A stretch of DNA of 64,000 bases, taken from positions 62,001 to 126,000 of IMG/VR virus record IMGVR_UViG_3300032294_002797. One strand, given 5' to 3'. The notes beneath the pieces are model-generated. The model had not been told where the DNA came from and ran no database searches. It worked only from the letters and a program-made list of their open reading frames with translations. Position 1 is the first letter of the stretch, and each line of letters starts with the position of its first letter. Made by a program: the position numbers and the translations under genes. Positions 1-10,978 of the stretch are shown here, piece by piece.

Positions 1-19
1 ATATTGAAGGATACATGAT

Positions 20-1186
20 ATGCCTACTATCAATGTGATTACTCCAGAAAATAAATTACTCATTATCAATACTACAGAAAGCTCTGAAGATGTTCGTTCA
101 TCCACAGTAAATATAAACGATAATTTTACTAGGACTATTGCTATTGTTGATATAGAAAGAGGTTTACAAGGACCACCAGGATCCGGCCTACCAGGTCCTC
201 AAGGAGATAAGGGAGAGAAGGGAGACAAGGGTGATAGTATAGTTGGGCCTATTGGACCCATGGGACCACCTGGTTCCGGAATATCTGTGTTAAAATTGAC
301 TGATTTTATTAATACAATTTCTTTAAGCGGAATATCTGATACATTACGAATAGCTGGTAATAATGGAACATCTATTGCTCTCGACAGTAATAGTAATACA
401 TTGACTATTTCTTCACCAAATATAGTTGGGATCTATGCTCCTGTGAGTCATCAACACAATGTTGCTCAAATTACAAATTTTAACGAAGGAGTCGATGACA
501 GAGTTTATAATCTTTTAGAAAGCGGAGATTATATATCATTATCTTATCATGATGATGATTTTAATAAACTACTAATAAGTGTTTCCGGATTAGATATTGG
601 CACAGACGTACAAGCCCACTCTTCTGCTCTAGATTCTATATCTAGTTTGTCCATCTATTCCGGCGCTATGTTGTATGGAAATAGTAATACAGGCTTCAGA
701 TTAATTACAGCTACTAGCCAAGCAGTAAAACTATTAAATGATGGTACGGCTCAAGAACAACGCAATACACTCGGCTTAGGCTCGTCCGCGATATATGACC
801 AATCATATTTTGCAAAAATTAATGGCGGCAATAGTTTCACAGGAACTCAGTCTTTGGGCGACGGTGAACTAAATAGATTTTCTGCCAGTATTAATTATCA
901 AACTACTAATAATTATATTGTCGAACAAAACGATAACGGTAAAATTATAGCACTAGACCACAATGATAGTTTTATTAATGTGAGTTTTTCAAATAATATT
1001 ACCAATGGATTTAATTGTCTGGTAGCCCAATTAGGGTCGGGGCAAGTGAGATTTTCCGGCACCATATTAAATAGATATAATCACACCAAACTAGTTGGAC
1101 AATACTCTATAGCTACTATTGTTAAAATTGCTACAGCTAAATTATTATTATCGGGAGATACAACAGCATTAAATAGTGGACCATAA
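20..1186 (+). CDS. Collagen-repeat tail fibre/virion protein
   Basis: G-X-Y run GPPGSGLPGPQGDKGEKGDKGDS..GPIGPMGPPGSG; C-terminal beta-rich fibre-like module. Confidence 0.7.
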   Translation: MPTINVITPENKLLIINTTESSEDVRSSTVNINDNFTRTIAIVDIERGLQGPPGSGLPGPQGDKGEKGDKGDSIVGPIGPMGPPGSGISVLKLTDFINTISLSGISDTLRIAGNNGTSIALDSNSNTLTISSPNIVGIYAPVSHQHNVAQITNFNEGVDDRVYNLLESGDYISLSYHDDDFNKLLISVSGLDIGTDVQAHSSALDSISSLSIYSGAMLYGNSNTGFRLITATSQAVKLLNDGTAQEQRNTLGLGSSAIYDQSYFAKINGGNSFTGTQSLGDGELNRFSASINYQTTNNYIVEQNDNGKIIALDHNDSFINVSFSNNITNGFNCLVAQLGSGQVRFSGTILNRYNHTKLVGQYSIATIVKIATAKLLLSGDTTALNSGP

Positions 1187-1188
1187 TT

Positions 1189-2490
1189 ATGATTCTTCCT
1201 CCATTCTTTGGTTTTATCAATAAAAGAGACACCAGCGAGCTTGAACAGATATTGCTTTCGTATCTTTCTATCGATACTGTATCTTATACTATTCCAACAG
1301 AAAAAATTAATTTATCTTATCTTGCGGCTGATGTTATTTCATATAATAAAAAATCACCTATTATAAATTTAACATATGTCTCTAGCGATGTATTATCTTA
1401 TAATACTCTCAAGGAAGAAAATCGAATATCTTATATAGCAGCAGATGTCTTGGTATATAATTTACCCCCTACTCCTCCTGGTCTTATAGAATATATTTTT
1501 GCAAGAGACAAGGATTCATTAGGTATTTTTAAATGGCCAAAACCTTTTGATGGTAAATCACCCATTACAGACTATTTAGTAGAGTATAGTGACGATTCTG
1601 GAGCTTCTTGGAATACCTATTACGATGGCACTAGTACCAATACAGGATTAAATATTTCCATAACAAATAATGTTCCTTATCAAATTAGAGTAGCCGCAAT
1701 TAATAATATAGGAACCGGATTGTTTACTACTAGTGATATTATTATTCCATCTGGCGGAATAGATAATGATAATGATTTATTGTTCTTTGCAAATATGGAT
1801 CAAGCAGATAGAAATCAAATTGTGGATTATTCTTGTTTAATTAATCAAATTGATACAATAGAAAATGTCGAGCCAAATATATCAGATGGAAGCTGGTATT
1901 TTCCTGGAGATGTTTCATATAGTGACGAATCTTTTATTACTCAAACTTATCCTCATATGAGAGCATACGACCCGGATGGTTTATATAATACACTCTGGTC
2001 TCTTAGTGGAAACTTTACCATCTCAGTATGGTTTAAACCAGATTCTATTGTAGACAGTCAGAATAGAACTCTGCTGTCGTCTTGTTCAGAATATGGTGGC
2101 AATGATAATATATGGCAATTATATCACAATAATCAAAATATTTATTTTAATATCAACGGAGTGAATATTTTATCTAGTTCTCCGGTATTAGCTACAAACT
2201 CATATAATAATATTACTATATGTAGATCTAAAAACTATATATCATTATTTTTTGATGGTATCGAACAACAAGAGATTTATTATCCTAATAATATTATCAT
2301 AAATAATCCATATTTAATTATTGGAGCATTACATAGTCAATATTATAATTTTGATAATCTGTATAGCAGAGGTTATGTAACAGAAGGTTTTAGTGGTTAT
2401 ATTGACGATATTATCGTGTCACGATCAGCATTTTATCGTAAAAATTTCACTGTTGTAAAGAAATCTCCGTTCAGCATAGATTGTACATAA
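1189..2490 (+). CDS. FN3 + LamG-like virion adhesin protein
   Basis: FN3 pattern (WPKPFDGKSPITDYLVEYS..YQIRVAAINNIGTG); LamG pattern (FTISVWFKP..GYIDDIIVS); N-terminal ~20-aa repeats. Confidence 0.8.
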   Translation: MILPPFFGFINKRDTSELEQILLSYLSIDTVSYTIPTEKINLSYLAADVISYNKKSPIINLTYVSSDVLSYNTLKEENRISYIAADVLVYNLPPTPPGLIEYIFARDKDSLGIFKWPKPFDGKSPITDYLVEYSDDSGASWNTYYDGTSTNTGLNISITNNVPYQIRVAAINNIGTGLFTTSDIIIPSGGIDNDNDLLFFANMDQADRNQIVDYSCLINQIDTIENVEPNISDGSWYFPGDVSYSDESFITQTYPHMRAYDPDGLYNTLWSLSGNFTISVWFKPDSIVDSQNRTLLSSCSEYGGNDNIWQLYHNNQNIYFNINGVNILSSSPVLATNSYNNITICRSKNYISLFFDGIEQQEIYYPNNIIINNPYLIIGALHSQYYNFDNLYSRGYVTEGFSGYIDDIIVSRSAFYRKNFTVVKKSPFSIDCT

Positions 2491-2532
2491 CAAAGGGGTA
2501 TATACTTATATTATATCTTTCTGGAGTATTAA

Positions 2533-5232
2533 ATGGCCACATTATTTTTTGATGGTTTTGACAGAGCCACATTTACTAAACAATTAGACCCAAAATATTG
2601 GTCTACCGAATATTCTAAGCCAGGATATCCACGATATGCTTTTGGAGGATATACCTATAGCAACGAAACGATAGCATCAAATGGAATATTATCGGCAACA
2701 TACTCTACATATTCTGTAAATAATGGAATTGTCCCTAGTGGTCAACATTATAGTACTATTTGTTCAGACAATAACTGCGGTACTTATATACTGAGTAATG
2801 ATTATCCTGGTTTTGGTAGTCCTCCCGGATTTTTAGCTCTTACGAATGTTCCTGTTAATGATCCTAATAATCTTGAATTTATAAGTTATATTCAACTAAG
2901 TGGCTTTCCTTCTATAAGCGGAACAAAATCTTATTTTGGTATCAGAACTTTAGGAATAGAAACCAAACATTTAGATTACCACAATGTAGACTTTCCTGCT
3001 GGAAGATTTGGAAATAAACATCCATTTTTAGCATTTTGTAGTGGAAATGTTACTGGTTTGTTATTGAACATAGTACAGATTAGCGGAGATCATCTTTTAC
3101 CACTTAAGATGTACAACCCCCCACAAAATACAGGGGTGAGACAATCTATCGGTTTACAGGTGGAACAAAATAATGGAATTAGTGGAGTTTTTGATTTAAA
3201 TTTATCAGATACTTTACCTAATTATAGAATTACTCCTTTATATAGTGCGCAGGATACTAATGGAATCCCATCTCTTAGCAATCCTTGTAAAATACTGACA
3301 ATAGCTAATGATGATACGATAAGATCCCAAGGTAAAGGTATCACAAGAGGAAGCGATGTTACGTCTAGATGGACACATTTTGAATTTGAATTTGATCATA
3401 TAGGCGGAGGACTAAAGCTAAAAGTAGAGGGAACAGATGCACTAGTAGAAAATACTGATATTTATACCGATAGAGATCTATGGGATATAGAGATACAAAT
3501 TAGTGGTTTTAAATATGATAATATTAGATTGTTTAATAGAACATATGAGCGAAATGCTCACTACTATGATGAAGGTGTGCTACTCTTTCAGTATCTTTCT
3601 ATGGTTCCGAGACCCCGCAATCCTGTTGACTCGGCATATTATGCTAGAGGACAATTAATATTATTTGATGATATAACTTTGGTTGATAACACAGGTAATG
3701 ACCCTAGATATTTTCTAGGTGCAGATTCTAAGATATTACCACTCACTCCAGGATTAACTTTCGTCATCAATAATAATGATACCCAACAGGCTCTTAATAA
3801 TAATCAAATTATTTCTGATGGACTAACAGAATGGAGTAAGAGTACATCGTCTTCAGATAGAAGACTATTAGCATCTATGGATAAAGACTCTTCATATATT
3901 TTTACAGATAAAAAAGGGGTCATCAACAGCATTATATATGCAGCTAATAGCAGAGGTAGAGATAACTATGGCAACTCCTTATCATTTTCCGATCCTCTGT
4001 CACGTTGGAGACACAATCCTGGTGAAGCTGTCGCAGGATTAAAAGTGTATAATAGTGCTCGTAAAAATTTTCTAGATTCATCTTTTATAAACGTTTTTGA
4101 GACAGGCATCTCCGATCCTCACAGAAATAATGTTATGCTCTTAATACATGGTGAAGAGGATCCTATTCGAGATTATTCTAAATACAATCATCCTATTATA
4201 AAGGATGGTTCAACATATTATACCTCTAATCATAGATTTGGCTCTAGTGGAATTGCTTTTTTGAGTGATAATCAAAAACAATCATCATTAATAGCAAATA
4301 TACAGAAGCATCCCGAGGAAGAAAAATTTACGATTGAGTCTTGGGTAAACTTCACAGGACAAAATGATACTATTGTACTTATGGATACTTTTCCTAGGAC
4401 ATTACCTAACATAATTCCAGCATTTAATTATAATAGCTACTCACAATGGTATAGAATATCCTGTAATCCATCTTCTATAAAAATAGAACATCCTATAAAA
4501 ATAAATCCAAATGAAGACGGTCAGAACACCTGGGAACTCTCTTCTATAACGTCTCAATTAGTTTTACCTTTTCCTGTTATTGCTAATACTGGAGAATGGC
4601 ATCACGTAGCTCTTGTAAGATCCCATCCATTGCCTAATACCGGTCAGTATATTGCGTATTTGAATGGTGTTTCTGGTACAACATATCAGAGACTATCTTT
4701 CCCATCCGGACGTAAAGGTCAAGGATGGCAATTTTTCGATGATAATAACAACTCCATACTAGATCATAACGGTAATTTTGCCATCTGGTATCCCTCTAAG
4801 TTAAAATCAAGTGATATTATTGATGGGCCAGTTCTTTATAGCTTAACTAATTCTTATCCGTATGTATCAACAGATACTTCTGGTTTGCCATTTTTACAGA
4901 ATATTTTATTTGGTGGAAATGGACTTTGGTATGGTTCGTACTGGGGCTCAAGAGACCCTTATCCATATATTTTTATAGGCTATAGTGGCATTATTGATGA
5001 ATATAGATATAGTCAAAATATTGCAAGATATACTAGTAATTTTGATCCACCAACCTCAAAGTTTAAGGCTAATTATGATGATTATATGAGGTTCGGACCA
5101 ATCCATACAACAGATAGAGCATCATATAGGCTATTTCAATTTTACCAAATGACAAATCCAGGTACCAATCAACCCTGGACATCCGGAGAAATTTTCACCT
5201 CCGGAATCAGATTGGGAGTAGAAAAATTATGA
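2533..5232 (+). CDS. Large virion protein with C-terminal LamG-like domain
   Basis: FTIESWVNF..WHHVALVR..IIDEYRYSQNIARYTSNFDPP; GGAG RBS upstream. Confidence 0.7.
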   Translation: MATLFFDGFDRATFTKQLDPKYWSTEYSKPGYPRYAFGGYTYSNETIASNGILSATYSTYSVNNGIVPSGQHYSTICSDNNCGTYILSNDYPGFGSPPGFLALTNVPVNDPNNLEFISYIQLSGFPSISGTKSYFGIRTLGIETKHLDYHNVDFPAGRFGNKHPFLAFCSGNVTGLLLNIVQISGDHLLPLKMYNPPQNTGVRQSIGLQVEQNNGISGVFDLNLSDTLPNYRITPLYSAQDTNGIPSLSNPCKILTIANDDTIRSQGKGITRGSDVTSRWTHFEFEFDHIGGGLKLKVEGTDALVENTDIYTDRDLWDIEIQISGFKYDNIRLFNRTYERNAHYYDEGVLLFQYLSMVPRPRNPVDSAYYARGQLILFDDITLVDNTGNDPRYFLGADSKILPLTPGLTFVINNNDTQQALNNNQIISDGLTEWSKSTSSSDRRLLASMDKDSSYIFTDKKGVINSIIYAANSRGRDNYGNSLSFSDPLSRWRHNPGEAVAGLKVYNSARKNFLDSSFINVFETGISDPHRNNVMLLIHGEEDPIRDYSKYNHPIIKDGSTYYTSNHRFGSSGIAFLSDNQKQSSLIANIQKHPEEEKFTIESWVNFTGQNDTIVLMDTFPRTLPNIIPAFNYNSYSQWYRISCNPSSIKIEHPIKINPNEDGQNTWELSSITSQLVLPFPVIANTGEWHHVALVRSHPLPNTGQYIAYLNGVSGTTYQRLSFPSGRKGQGWQFFDDNNNSILDHNGNFAIWYPSKLKSSDIIDGPVLYSLTNSYPYVSTDTSGLPFLQNILFGGNGLWYGSYWGSRDPYPYIFIGYSGIIDEYRYSQNIARYTSNFDPPTSKFKANYDDYMRFGPIHTTDRASYRLFQFYQMTNPGTNQPWTSGEIFTSGIRLGVEKL

Positions 5233-7703
5233 GCTTTAATTTATCTATTCCATTATCTTCTGGTATATTACAGGGTTTTTATATAGAACCAAATAATTCT
5301 CAAATTATAGAGGATATAGACGGAAACTATCAATTAATAGGATATAATCCATCTGGTTATAGAAATAATAAAAATATCATAGAAAGATTTTGTGTCAACA
5401 CAATAGATTTATCTTTACCTATCCATAAAGGAGCACTAGTATCTGCTAATTTAATTTTAAATTTATCTAGTGGGATAGATGACAAGACTCTAACGTCTGC
5501 TCCTCAATTGGGTTCCGACCCCAATATTAATGTAAATATAAGCGTTCCTGCTTTAGAGAGCGATTTCAGAAAAGCACTAGTTTCAGATTTTGGATCATCT
5601 ACAAATATACATATAGCATCGTGCTCTCAATCAGGCGGATATTTGCCAAGCAATAATTTCTCAACTATCCGAGATTATAAAAAAACTAATATATCGATTG
5701 TCACAGTAAGCGCAAACTCACAGGTATCCATACCGGTAACCGAACACTTATTACCTCATAATAACTCTATATCGTGGCAAAAAAATAATAGAATAATTCT
5801 GATACTTAGCGGAGTAAGATCCGGCTTAGGAGCAGGAGGCGTGATTAATATAGGCAACGAGTTTGCTCTTAGTCCATCTCTATTGAATTTGGTATACGAT
5901 CCGGTTCCTCCTTTTGAGCCACAGTCGCTCGTTATATCCGAAACAGCATACAAACAAGTTAGTTTAAACTGGAATTATCCTGCGGATGACGGAGGTGCTA
6001 ATGTAACAGATTACACTATACAATACGGACCCGTGTCTGGTGATGCTATATACTCTACCAACTGGTTAGTTGCTGGTATTACTAGTTCAACATCATTTGC
6101 TGTCGATAATTTAGAGTTAGACAAAACATATATTTTTAGAGTAGGTGGTAGAAATTCTGCTGGTCAAGGACAATATACTACACCCAGCATACCAATTACC
6201 ATATCTCGATCAGGTGCTCCTGTCACTCCGTTATCCTATAACGACAGTAATTATACTAGAATTAGGGTTAGAAGAGACACCCTGTCTCAATGGACAGGTA
6301 TTAATCCTACTTTAGCTATCGGAGAAATAGGATACGAGCTAGACACCCATAGGATGAAAGTAGGAAATGGCACTAATTCCTGGAATAGCTTAGCATACCT
6401 AACAGTAGACGAATCATCTATCGATTTTCCTACCCCACCAGATACTCGTTTGATCATAGCATCTTCACCAAATAATATTTCTAACAATGATAGAATAATT
6501 ATAAACTTAACAGATGGAGACAGACTCAATATAGTAGGAGAAGAAGGAGTTACTATAGACTATAGTAATAGTTATAAAAGACTAAGTATTAAAACAGATA
6601 AATTATATAATCCTGTTAGTTCCGGGACCATATCTAATCCCACTAGCTCTGGCACCCCAGGCTCATTGCTATACGATAGCGACTGGTTTTATTTTTGTGT
6701 ACAAAATAATTATTGGCAAAGATCTCCATTAGACAAAAACTGGTTCGATTTTTCTTTATTAACTATTTCTAATAATAGTGGATCTTATCCGAGTAATACA
6801 TCTATGATTTTTGATGGAAATAAATTTGCAATATCTACAGATGGTGATCCTTATCCGGCTTTAGCAGGGCGCCCTCTTAATAATAATGGTACTTCTGCCA
6901 GAATAGGTTTCAAAAATGGAGCGGTGATTGTTGATCAAAATTATACATTTAGATTGGATTATAGAGGCGGTCAATATACTCATAATCCTATGAGAATCAA
7001 TAATACTGGTATACATGGAATAATGAATAATGGTGTTCCAATTTTATCTATATCAGCTGGCACAGGAACACTACCCGGATTCGTATCGGCACCATCTGGT
7101 TTTACATATAATCTATCTTTTAATAGTCATTTTTTTGGAGCAGATGATTGTGGTGGTTATGTGAATGTGGATGGTTCATATAAGTATACAGACGGTAAAT
7201 TTTTAAAGAGGTGTTGGGAAACAGATAAATTAATAAAATCTAATAGCTATTATAGCGGTAGTCACTATAATCATGACTATTTTAGACACTCTGATGGACA
7301 TTCTAAGATTCTGGGTTTTTGCACAGATGGCTATCCTATATATGGTCCTTATGCTTATTCTGGAAGCATGAATATAGATAGTGCTATTATTAAAATGCGA
7401 CCGAGCTATTCTGGTATTACGGATAGTACCCATAGACCAATAAACTGGAAATATTGGAACACTATGGTTGTTGGAGATACTCCATATTCTTTGCCTATGG
7501 GATTATTTATAGAAGATTATGTATATGTTTCTGGATATGGAGACTTAGATAATTTCAACGGAAGATTCGGAGTCACCCCAGAATATCCATCCGGAACATA
7601 TGCTTATTATTTAACTTTTGAGGATAATAATTTATCAGTACCAGCATTCCCGTATGTATTCGGAACCGGTACTAAAGAACAAAGAATCCCATATAGTGTA
7701 TAA
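5229..7703 (+). CDS. Multidomain fibre/adhesin: FN3, Mtd_N-like, YHYH-like domain
   Basis: FN3 (LNWNYPADDGGANVTDYTIQY); Mtd_N-like (RIRVRRDTLSQW..NPTLAIGEIGYELDT..KVGNG..WNSLAY); YHYH-like (GHSKILGF..DGYPIYGPY..DLDNFNGRFGVTPEYPSGTYAYY); ATGA overlap with previous gene. Confidence 0.8.
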   Translation: MSFNLSIPLSSGILQGFYIEPNNSQIIEDIDGNYQLIGYNPSGYRNNKNIIERFCVNTIDLSLPIHKGALVSANLILNLSSGIDDKTLTSAPQLGSDPNINVNISVPALESDFRKALVSDFGSSTNIHIASCSQSGGYLPSNNFSTIRDYKKTNISIVTVSANSQVSIPVTEHLLPHNNSISWQKNNRIILILSGVRSGLGAGGVINIGNEFALSPSLLNLVYDPVPPFEPQSLVISETAYKQVSLNWNYPADDGGANVTDYTIQYGPVSGDAIYSTNWLVAGITSSTSFAVDNLELDKTYIFRVGGRNSAGQGQYTTPSIPITISRSGAPVTPLSYNDSNYTRIRVRRDTLSQWTGINPTLAIGEIGYELDTHRMKVGNGTNSWNSLAYLTVDESSIDFPTPPDTRLIIASSPNNISNNDRIIINLTDGDRLNIVGEEGVTIDYSNSYKRLSIKTDKLYNPVSSGTISNPTSSGTPGSLLYDSDWFYFCVQNNYWQRSPLDKNWFDFSLLTISNNSGSYPSNTSMIFDGNKFAISTDGDPYPALAGRPLNNNGTSARIGFKNGAVIVDQNYTFRLDYRGGQYTHNPMRINNTGIHGIMNNGVPILSISAGTGTLPGFVSAPSGFTYNLSFNSHFFGADDCGGYVNVDGSYKYTDGKFLKRCWETDKLIKSNSYYSGSHYNHDYFRHSDGHSKILGFCTDGYPIYGPYAYSGSMNIDSAIIKMRPSYSGITDSTHRPINWKYWNTMVVGDTPYSLPMGLFIEDYVYVSGYGDLDNFNGRFGVTPEYPSGTYAYYLTFEDNNLSVPAFPYVFGTGTKEQRIPYSV

Positions 7704-7729
7704 TACTTTATTTACCACATAGGTTTTAT

Positions 7730-8251
7730 ATGATAGACAATATTAATTTCCCAGAATTGAAAAGCATTTATAATAGCGCTATTGATTCGCTGATTGGTAA
7801 GAATGGTTTGTCTGTGCCATGTAAAATTATCTATAGTTCATTGAAACAGGCCATCTGTAGCAATTGTATTTTTGATCCTATTAATCAAAGATCGTCTAAT
7901 ATGTATAATAATACCGGCCCTGCTCCTTTTGCTCCTATGGGCATATGTCCTGTATGTAATAGCTATGGTATTATTGATCTTAGTCCAGAAGAAACTGTTT
8001 ATTTAGCTATGCTGTTCGATAGTAAGTACTGGTTTAATTGGGATTCTAAAAGTGTAAACATTACTAATAATATGGCTCAATCTATATGCAGCATATCGTT
8101 ACTACCTAAATTACAAAATGCAAAAGAAATTATTATAGATAGTACAATATCCGGCTACGGACATCGTAGATATAGTAGAGTTAATGAGCCCGAACCATGT
8201 GGACTAGGACATAATAACTATATTATTACTATGTGGCAAAAAATATTATGA
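7730..8251 (+). CDS. Putative neck/head-closure protein with CxxC pairs
   Basis: 173-aa ORF with CSNC and CPVC; position ahead of tail genes; function from synteny only. Confidence 0.45.
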   Translation: MIDNINFPELKSIYNSAIDSLIGKNGLSVPCKIIYSSLKQAICSNCIFDPINQRSSNMYNNTGPAPFAPMGICPVCNSYGIIDLSPEETVYLAMLFDSKYWFNWDSKSVNITNNMAQSICSISLLPKLQNAKEIIIDSTISGYGHRRYSRVNEPEPCGLGHNNYIITMWQKIL

Positions 8252-8895
8252 ATATTCAATTCAAAATTCTAGATACCGACTCACAAATAAATAGTAAAAT
8301 TTTATCTGCTATTATAGCTTATCTACAACCTATTTTCGATAAAGTAGAGTCATCTACACAAAAAATATTACCTACCTATGTTAAACAAGCACTTTTTGCT
8401 GAGCCAGAATATGTATCTTTATTAAGTGGGCAACTACGATCAGAGTTGGGTGTTCCAGATGCAGATTCTAGAATCAATAGGCTTTTTGATGCATGGTCCT
8501 CTAATGTTAATCTGAGAAAATCTCCCCTATCAGCCAGGGCCGGAAGACTCAGTGGTGGATTTAGTTTGGATATTATTAAGTCAGATTTTTCTGATGTTTT
8601 ATCATTACCTGAATCTATAGTAGTTGATGATACTAGCGGATCAACTATCCCGTGGTTAAGATGGTTATTACTAGATGGTAACAAAATTTTAATTAGAAAT
8701 TATACAGTACAAATGGGTAACAATCCAAGATCCAGAACAGGTTCTGCTATCATGGTATCTTCTCAAAAAATTAATTGGAGAGTTCCCGCTCAATTTGCTG
8801 GTACTGTTAACAATAATTGGGTTACAAGAGCTATAGAAAGATTAGACGACTCCCTATTGCAACAAATAGAAAAAGAATTGGAGAGATATATATGA
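8248..8895 (+). CDS. Putative neck/tail-completion protein
   Basis: Likely ATG at 8248 overlapping the previous stop (ATGA); function from synteny only. Confidence 0.45.
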   Translation: MNIQFKILDTDSQINSKILSAIIAYLQPIFDKVESSTQKILPTYVKQALFAEPEYVSLLSGQLRSELGVPDADSRINRLFDAWSSNVNLRKSPLSARAGRLSGGFSLDIIKSDFSDVLSLPESIVVDDTSGSTIPWLRWLLLDGNKILIRNYTVQMGNNPRSRTGSAIMVSSQKINWRVPAQFAGTVNNNWVTRAIERLDDSLLQQIEKELERYI

Positions 8896-9848
8896 GTTGT
8901 AATCATTCAAACACATTTAATAATATATCAAATATAGGAGAAAATCAGCTACTTAATCAGCTTGAGGCCAATCTGAAACACTTCTTAGACTGGGGCTTTT
9001 TGAATATCGGGGGTTTTGTAAATATTAATATTCCAACTTCTGGTTTATACGGAGGCTCTTTCAGCTCATTAAAGCCAGTATCCCAACCAGGATATAGTAA
9101 TGGACAAGTATGGCAAACCTTTAAAAAAGACTGGATTTGGGAATCCGGTATTACATACAATAATTATCAACCAATATTATTTTCTGGTTTATATATTGGT
9201 AATACATTTTATCCTGGACCTACTGGAAATAATGCCATCTCATATAGCATCAATTATCCTATGGGACAAGTTATTTTTAATTCTTCCATCCCCATAAATA
9301 GTAATGTACGAGCCAATTATGCTTATAGATGGTGTCAAGTATATAAAAATAGTTCTGATCCACAATGGAAAGAATTACAAGAGTTAACATACAAACCGGT
9401 CCCACAAATTAATCAGGCAAACTCTGGAGAATATGCTATAGGAGCTTCTCATAGGGTTCAAATGCCAGCAATTGTTATAGAGCCTATTTCTAGAAGCTAT
9501 TCTCAACCATGGCAATTAGGATCTTATGATTTTGCTGTAGATCAAGATATTTTATTACATGTATTTACTGAGAATGCGATAGACAACAATAAAATTATAG
9601 ATATTATTCGTCTACAGAAAAATAAGACTATTATTTTATACGATATTAATAAAGTGGTCAATAGTGGAACCTATCCTTTGACCTATAATGGATCTCTCAA
9701 TCCCAACGGATTATGCTATACTGACCTGTTAGAAAATTATCGTTGGAATTTGTGCTATTTCAAAGAAATCAGTGTATTAAATATGGAGAGCGCGAATAAA
9801 AATTTATATTGGTGTACATTAAGATTAACCACGCAAGTTATTATCTGA
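8892..9848 (+). CDS. Putative tail terminator/completion protein
   Basis: Likely start 8892 (MSCNHS, ATGA overlap); immediately upstream of the probable tail tube. Confidence 0.45.
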   Translation: MSCNHSNTFNNISNIGENQLLNQLEANLKHFLDWGFLNIGGFVNINIPTSGLYGGSFSSLKPVSQPGYSNGQVWQTFKKDWIWESGITYNNYQPILFSGLYIGNTFYPGPTGNNAISYSINYPMGQVIFNSSIPINSNVRANYAYRWCQVYKNSSDPQWKELQELTYKPVPQINQANSGEYAIGASHRVQMPAIVIEPISRSYSQPWQLGSYDFAVDQDILLHVFTENAIDNNKIIDIIRLQKNKTIILYDINKVVNSGTYPLTYNGSLNPNGLCYTDLLENYRWNLCYFKEISVLNMESANKNLYWCTLRLTTQVII

Positions 9849-9885
9849 TAACCAATAACACACAATATTTTCTGGAGATTAAATT

Positions 9886-10944
9886 ATGGCTAATAATAAT
9901 AGAATTTACTACGCTTGTCAATCTGTAGAAGTTAACGGCCCATCGGGCACAGCAAGTGCTCAAAATACATCATATGATATTGTTAGAGGCTTACAGAGCG
10001 TAGGTATGAACACCAATTTTAATCTTGAACCAGTTTATCAGCTTGGACAGCTAGAATTATATGATAACTACGAAGAAATTCCAGAAGTTGAAATTACACT
10101 TAATAAAGTATTAGATAATAACCCTACTTTGTATGCTATGACCATGGGCACGGGTAGTCTTAGCACATTGGCTAATCATCGTTGCGGCGTTAGATTAAAT
10201 TTATTCAAAGATACAGATTCAGCTAATACCGGCACTCCGGTAGCATCGGTTGAATGTGTCCCAGCATACTTATCTAGTGTAACATATACTTTCCCAACGG
10301 AGGGTAATTTTACAGAAGAAGTTACACTAGTTAGTAACGACAAAGTTTGGCTTGCATCCCCATCCGCAACTGCTAATGAGAACAAGCTTGGCAGTGCAGT
10401 CCCAAGCGGCGTTGGTATTTTGCGTCGTGGTTTATGGAGTTCTTCTAGTGTTTTACCAACAGGAGCCGCTAATGCTGCTTCTACCCTATCTTATCTTAGC
10501 GGAGGCATTCCCTCCGGTATGAAAATTCAAAATGTTAGTGTTAGTATGAATTTAGGTAGAGAAAGTATCTATAGACTAGGTCAGCGTACTCCATACTATC
10601 GCTACGTGAATTTCCCTGTTGAAGTAACATGCGAAATTGAGTGTGTTGCTGGTGACGGCGATTTAGTCGGTGTTGCAGGAAATACCGAAGCTGTATGTAA
10701 CAATCCTAAAGCTCTCACTAACAAAGAAATTGTGATTAGGCTTTGTGACGGTACAACAATTGATCTTGGTAAGAAGAATAAATTAACAAGTGTTAACTAT
10801 ACCGGTGGTGATACTGGTGGTGGTAATGCAACAGTAACTTATAGCTATCAAACTTACAATGATTTCACCTATAGCGCACCAACAGGTACTGTAAACTATA
10901 GTACTGATATTTATGAGAGCGATAGCACGTTCCCAATTAGTTGA
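9886..10944 (+). CDS. Probable major tail tube protein
   Basis: 352-aa Ser/Thr/Gly/Val-rich beta protein with GGAG RBS; canonical position before chaperones and TMP. Confidence 0.65.
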   Translation: MANNNRIYYACQSVEVNGPSGTASAQNTSYDIVRGLQSVGMNTNFNLEPVYQLGQLELYDNYEEIPEVEITLNKVLDNNPTLYAMTMGTGSLSTLANHRCGVRLNLFKDTDSANTGTPVASVECVPAYLSSVTYTFPTEGNFTEEVTLVSNDKVWLASPSATANENKLGSAVPSGVGILRRGLWSSSSVLPTGAANAASTLSYLSGGIPSGMKIQNVSVSMNLGRESIYRLGQRTPYYRYVNFPVEVTCEIECVAGDGDLVGVAGNTEAVCNNPKALTNKEIVIRLCDGTTIDLGKKNKLTSVNYTGGDTGGGNATVTYSYQTYNDFTYSAPTGTVNYSTDIYESDSTFPIS

Positions 10945-10978
10945 TAATTAGTTACAGAGATTCAAAAGGAAGGACACG

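Noticed and set aside
8817-8891. Longer ORF-track starts (8233, 8817, 35672, 52702, 62398)
   Set aside because: They overlap upstream genes; downstream ATGs give compact junctions or match paralog and domain starts
2518-9877. Shared TTTCTGGAG upstream of 2533 and 9886 as a late-promoter motif
   Set aside because: Only two copies, adequately explained as GGAG ribosome-binding sites
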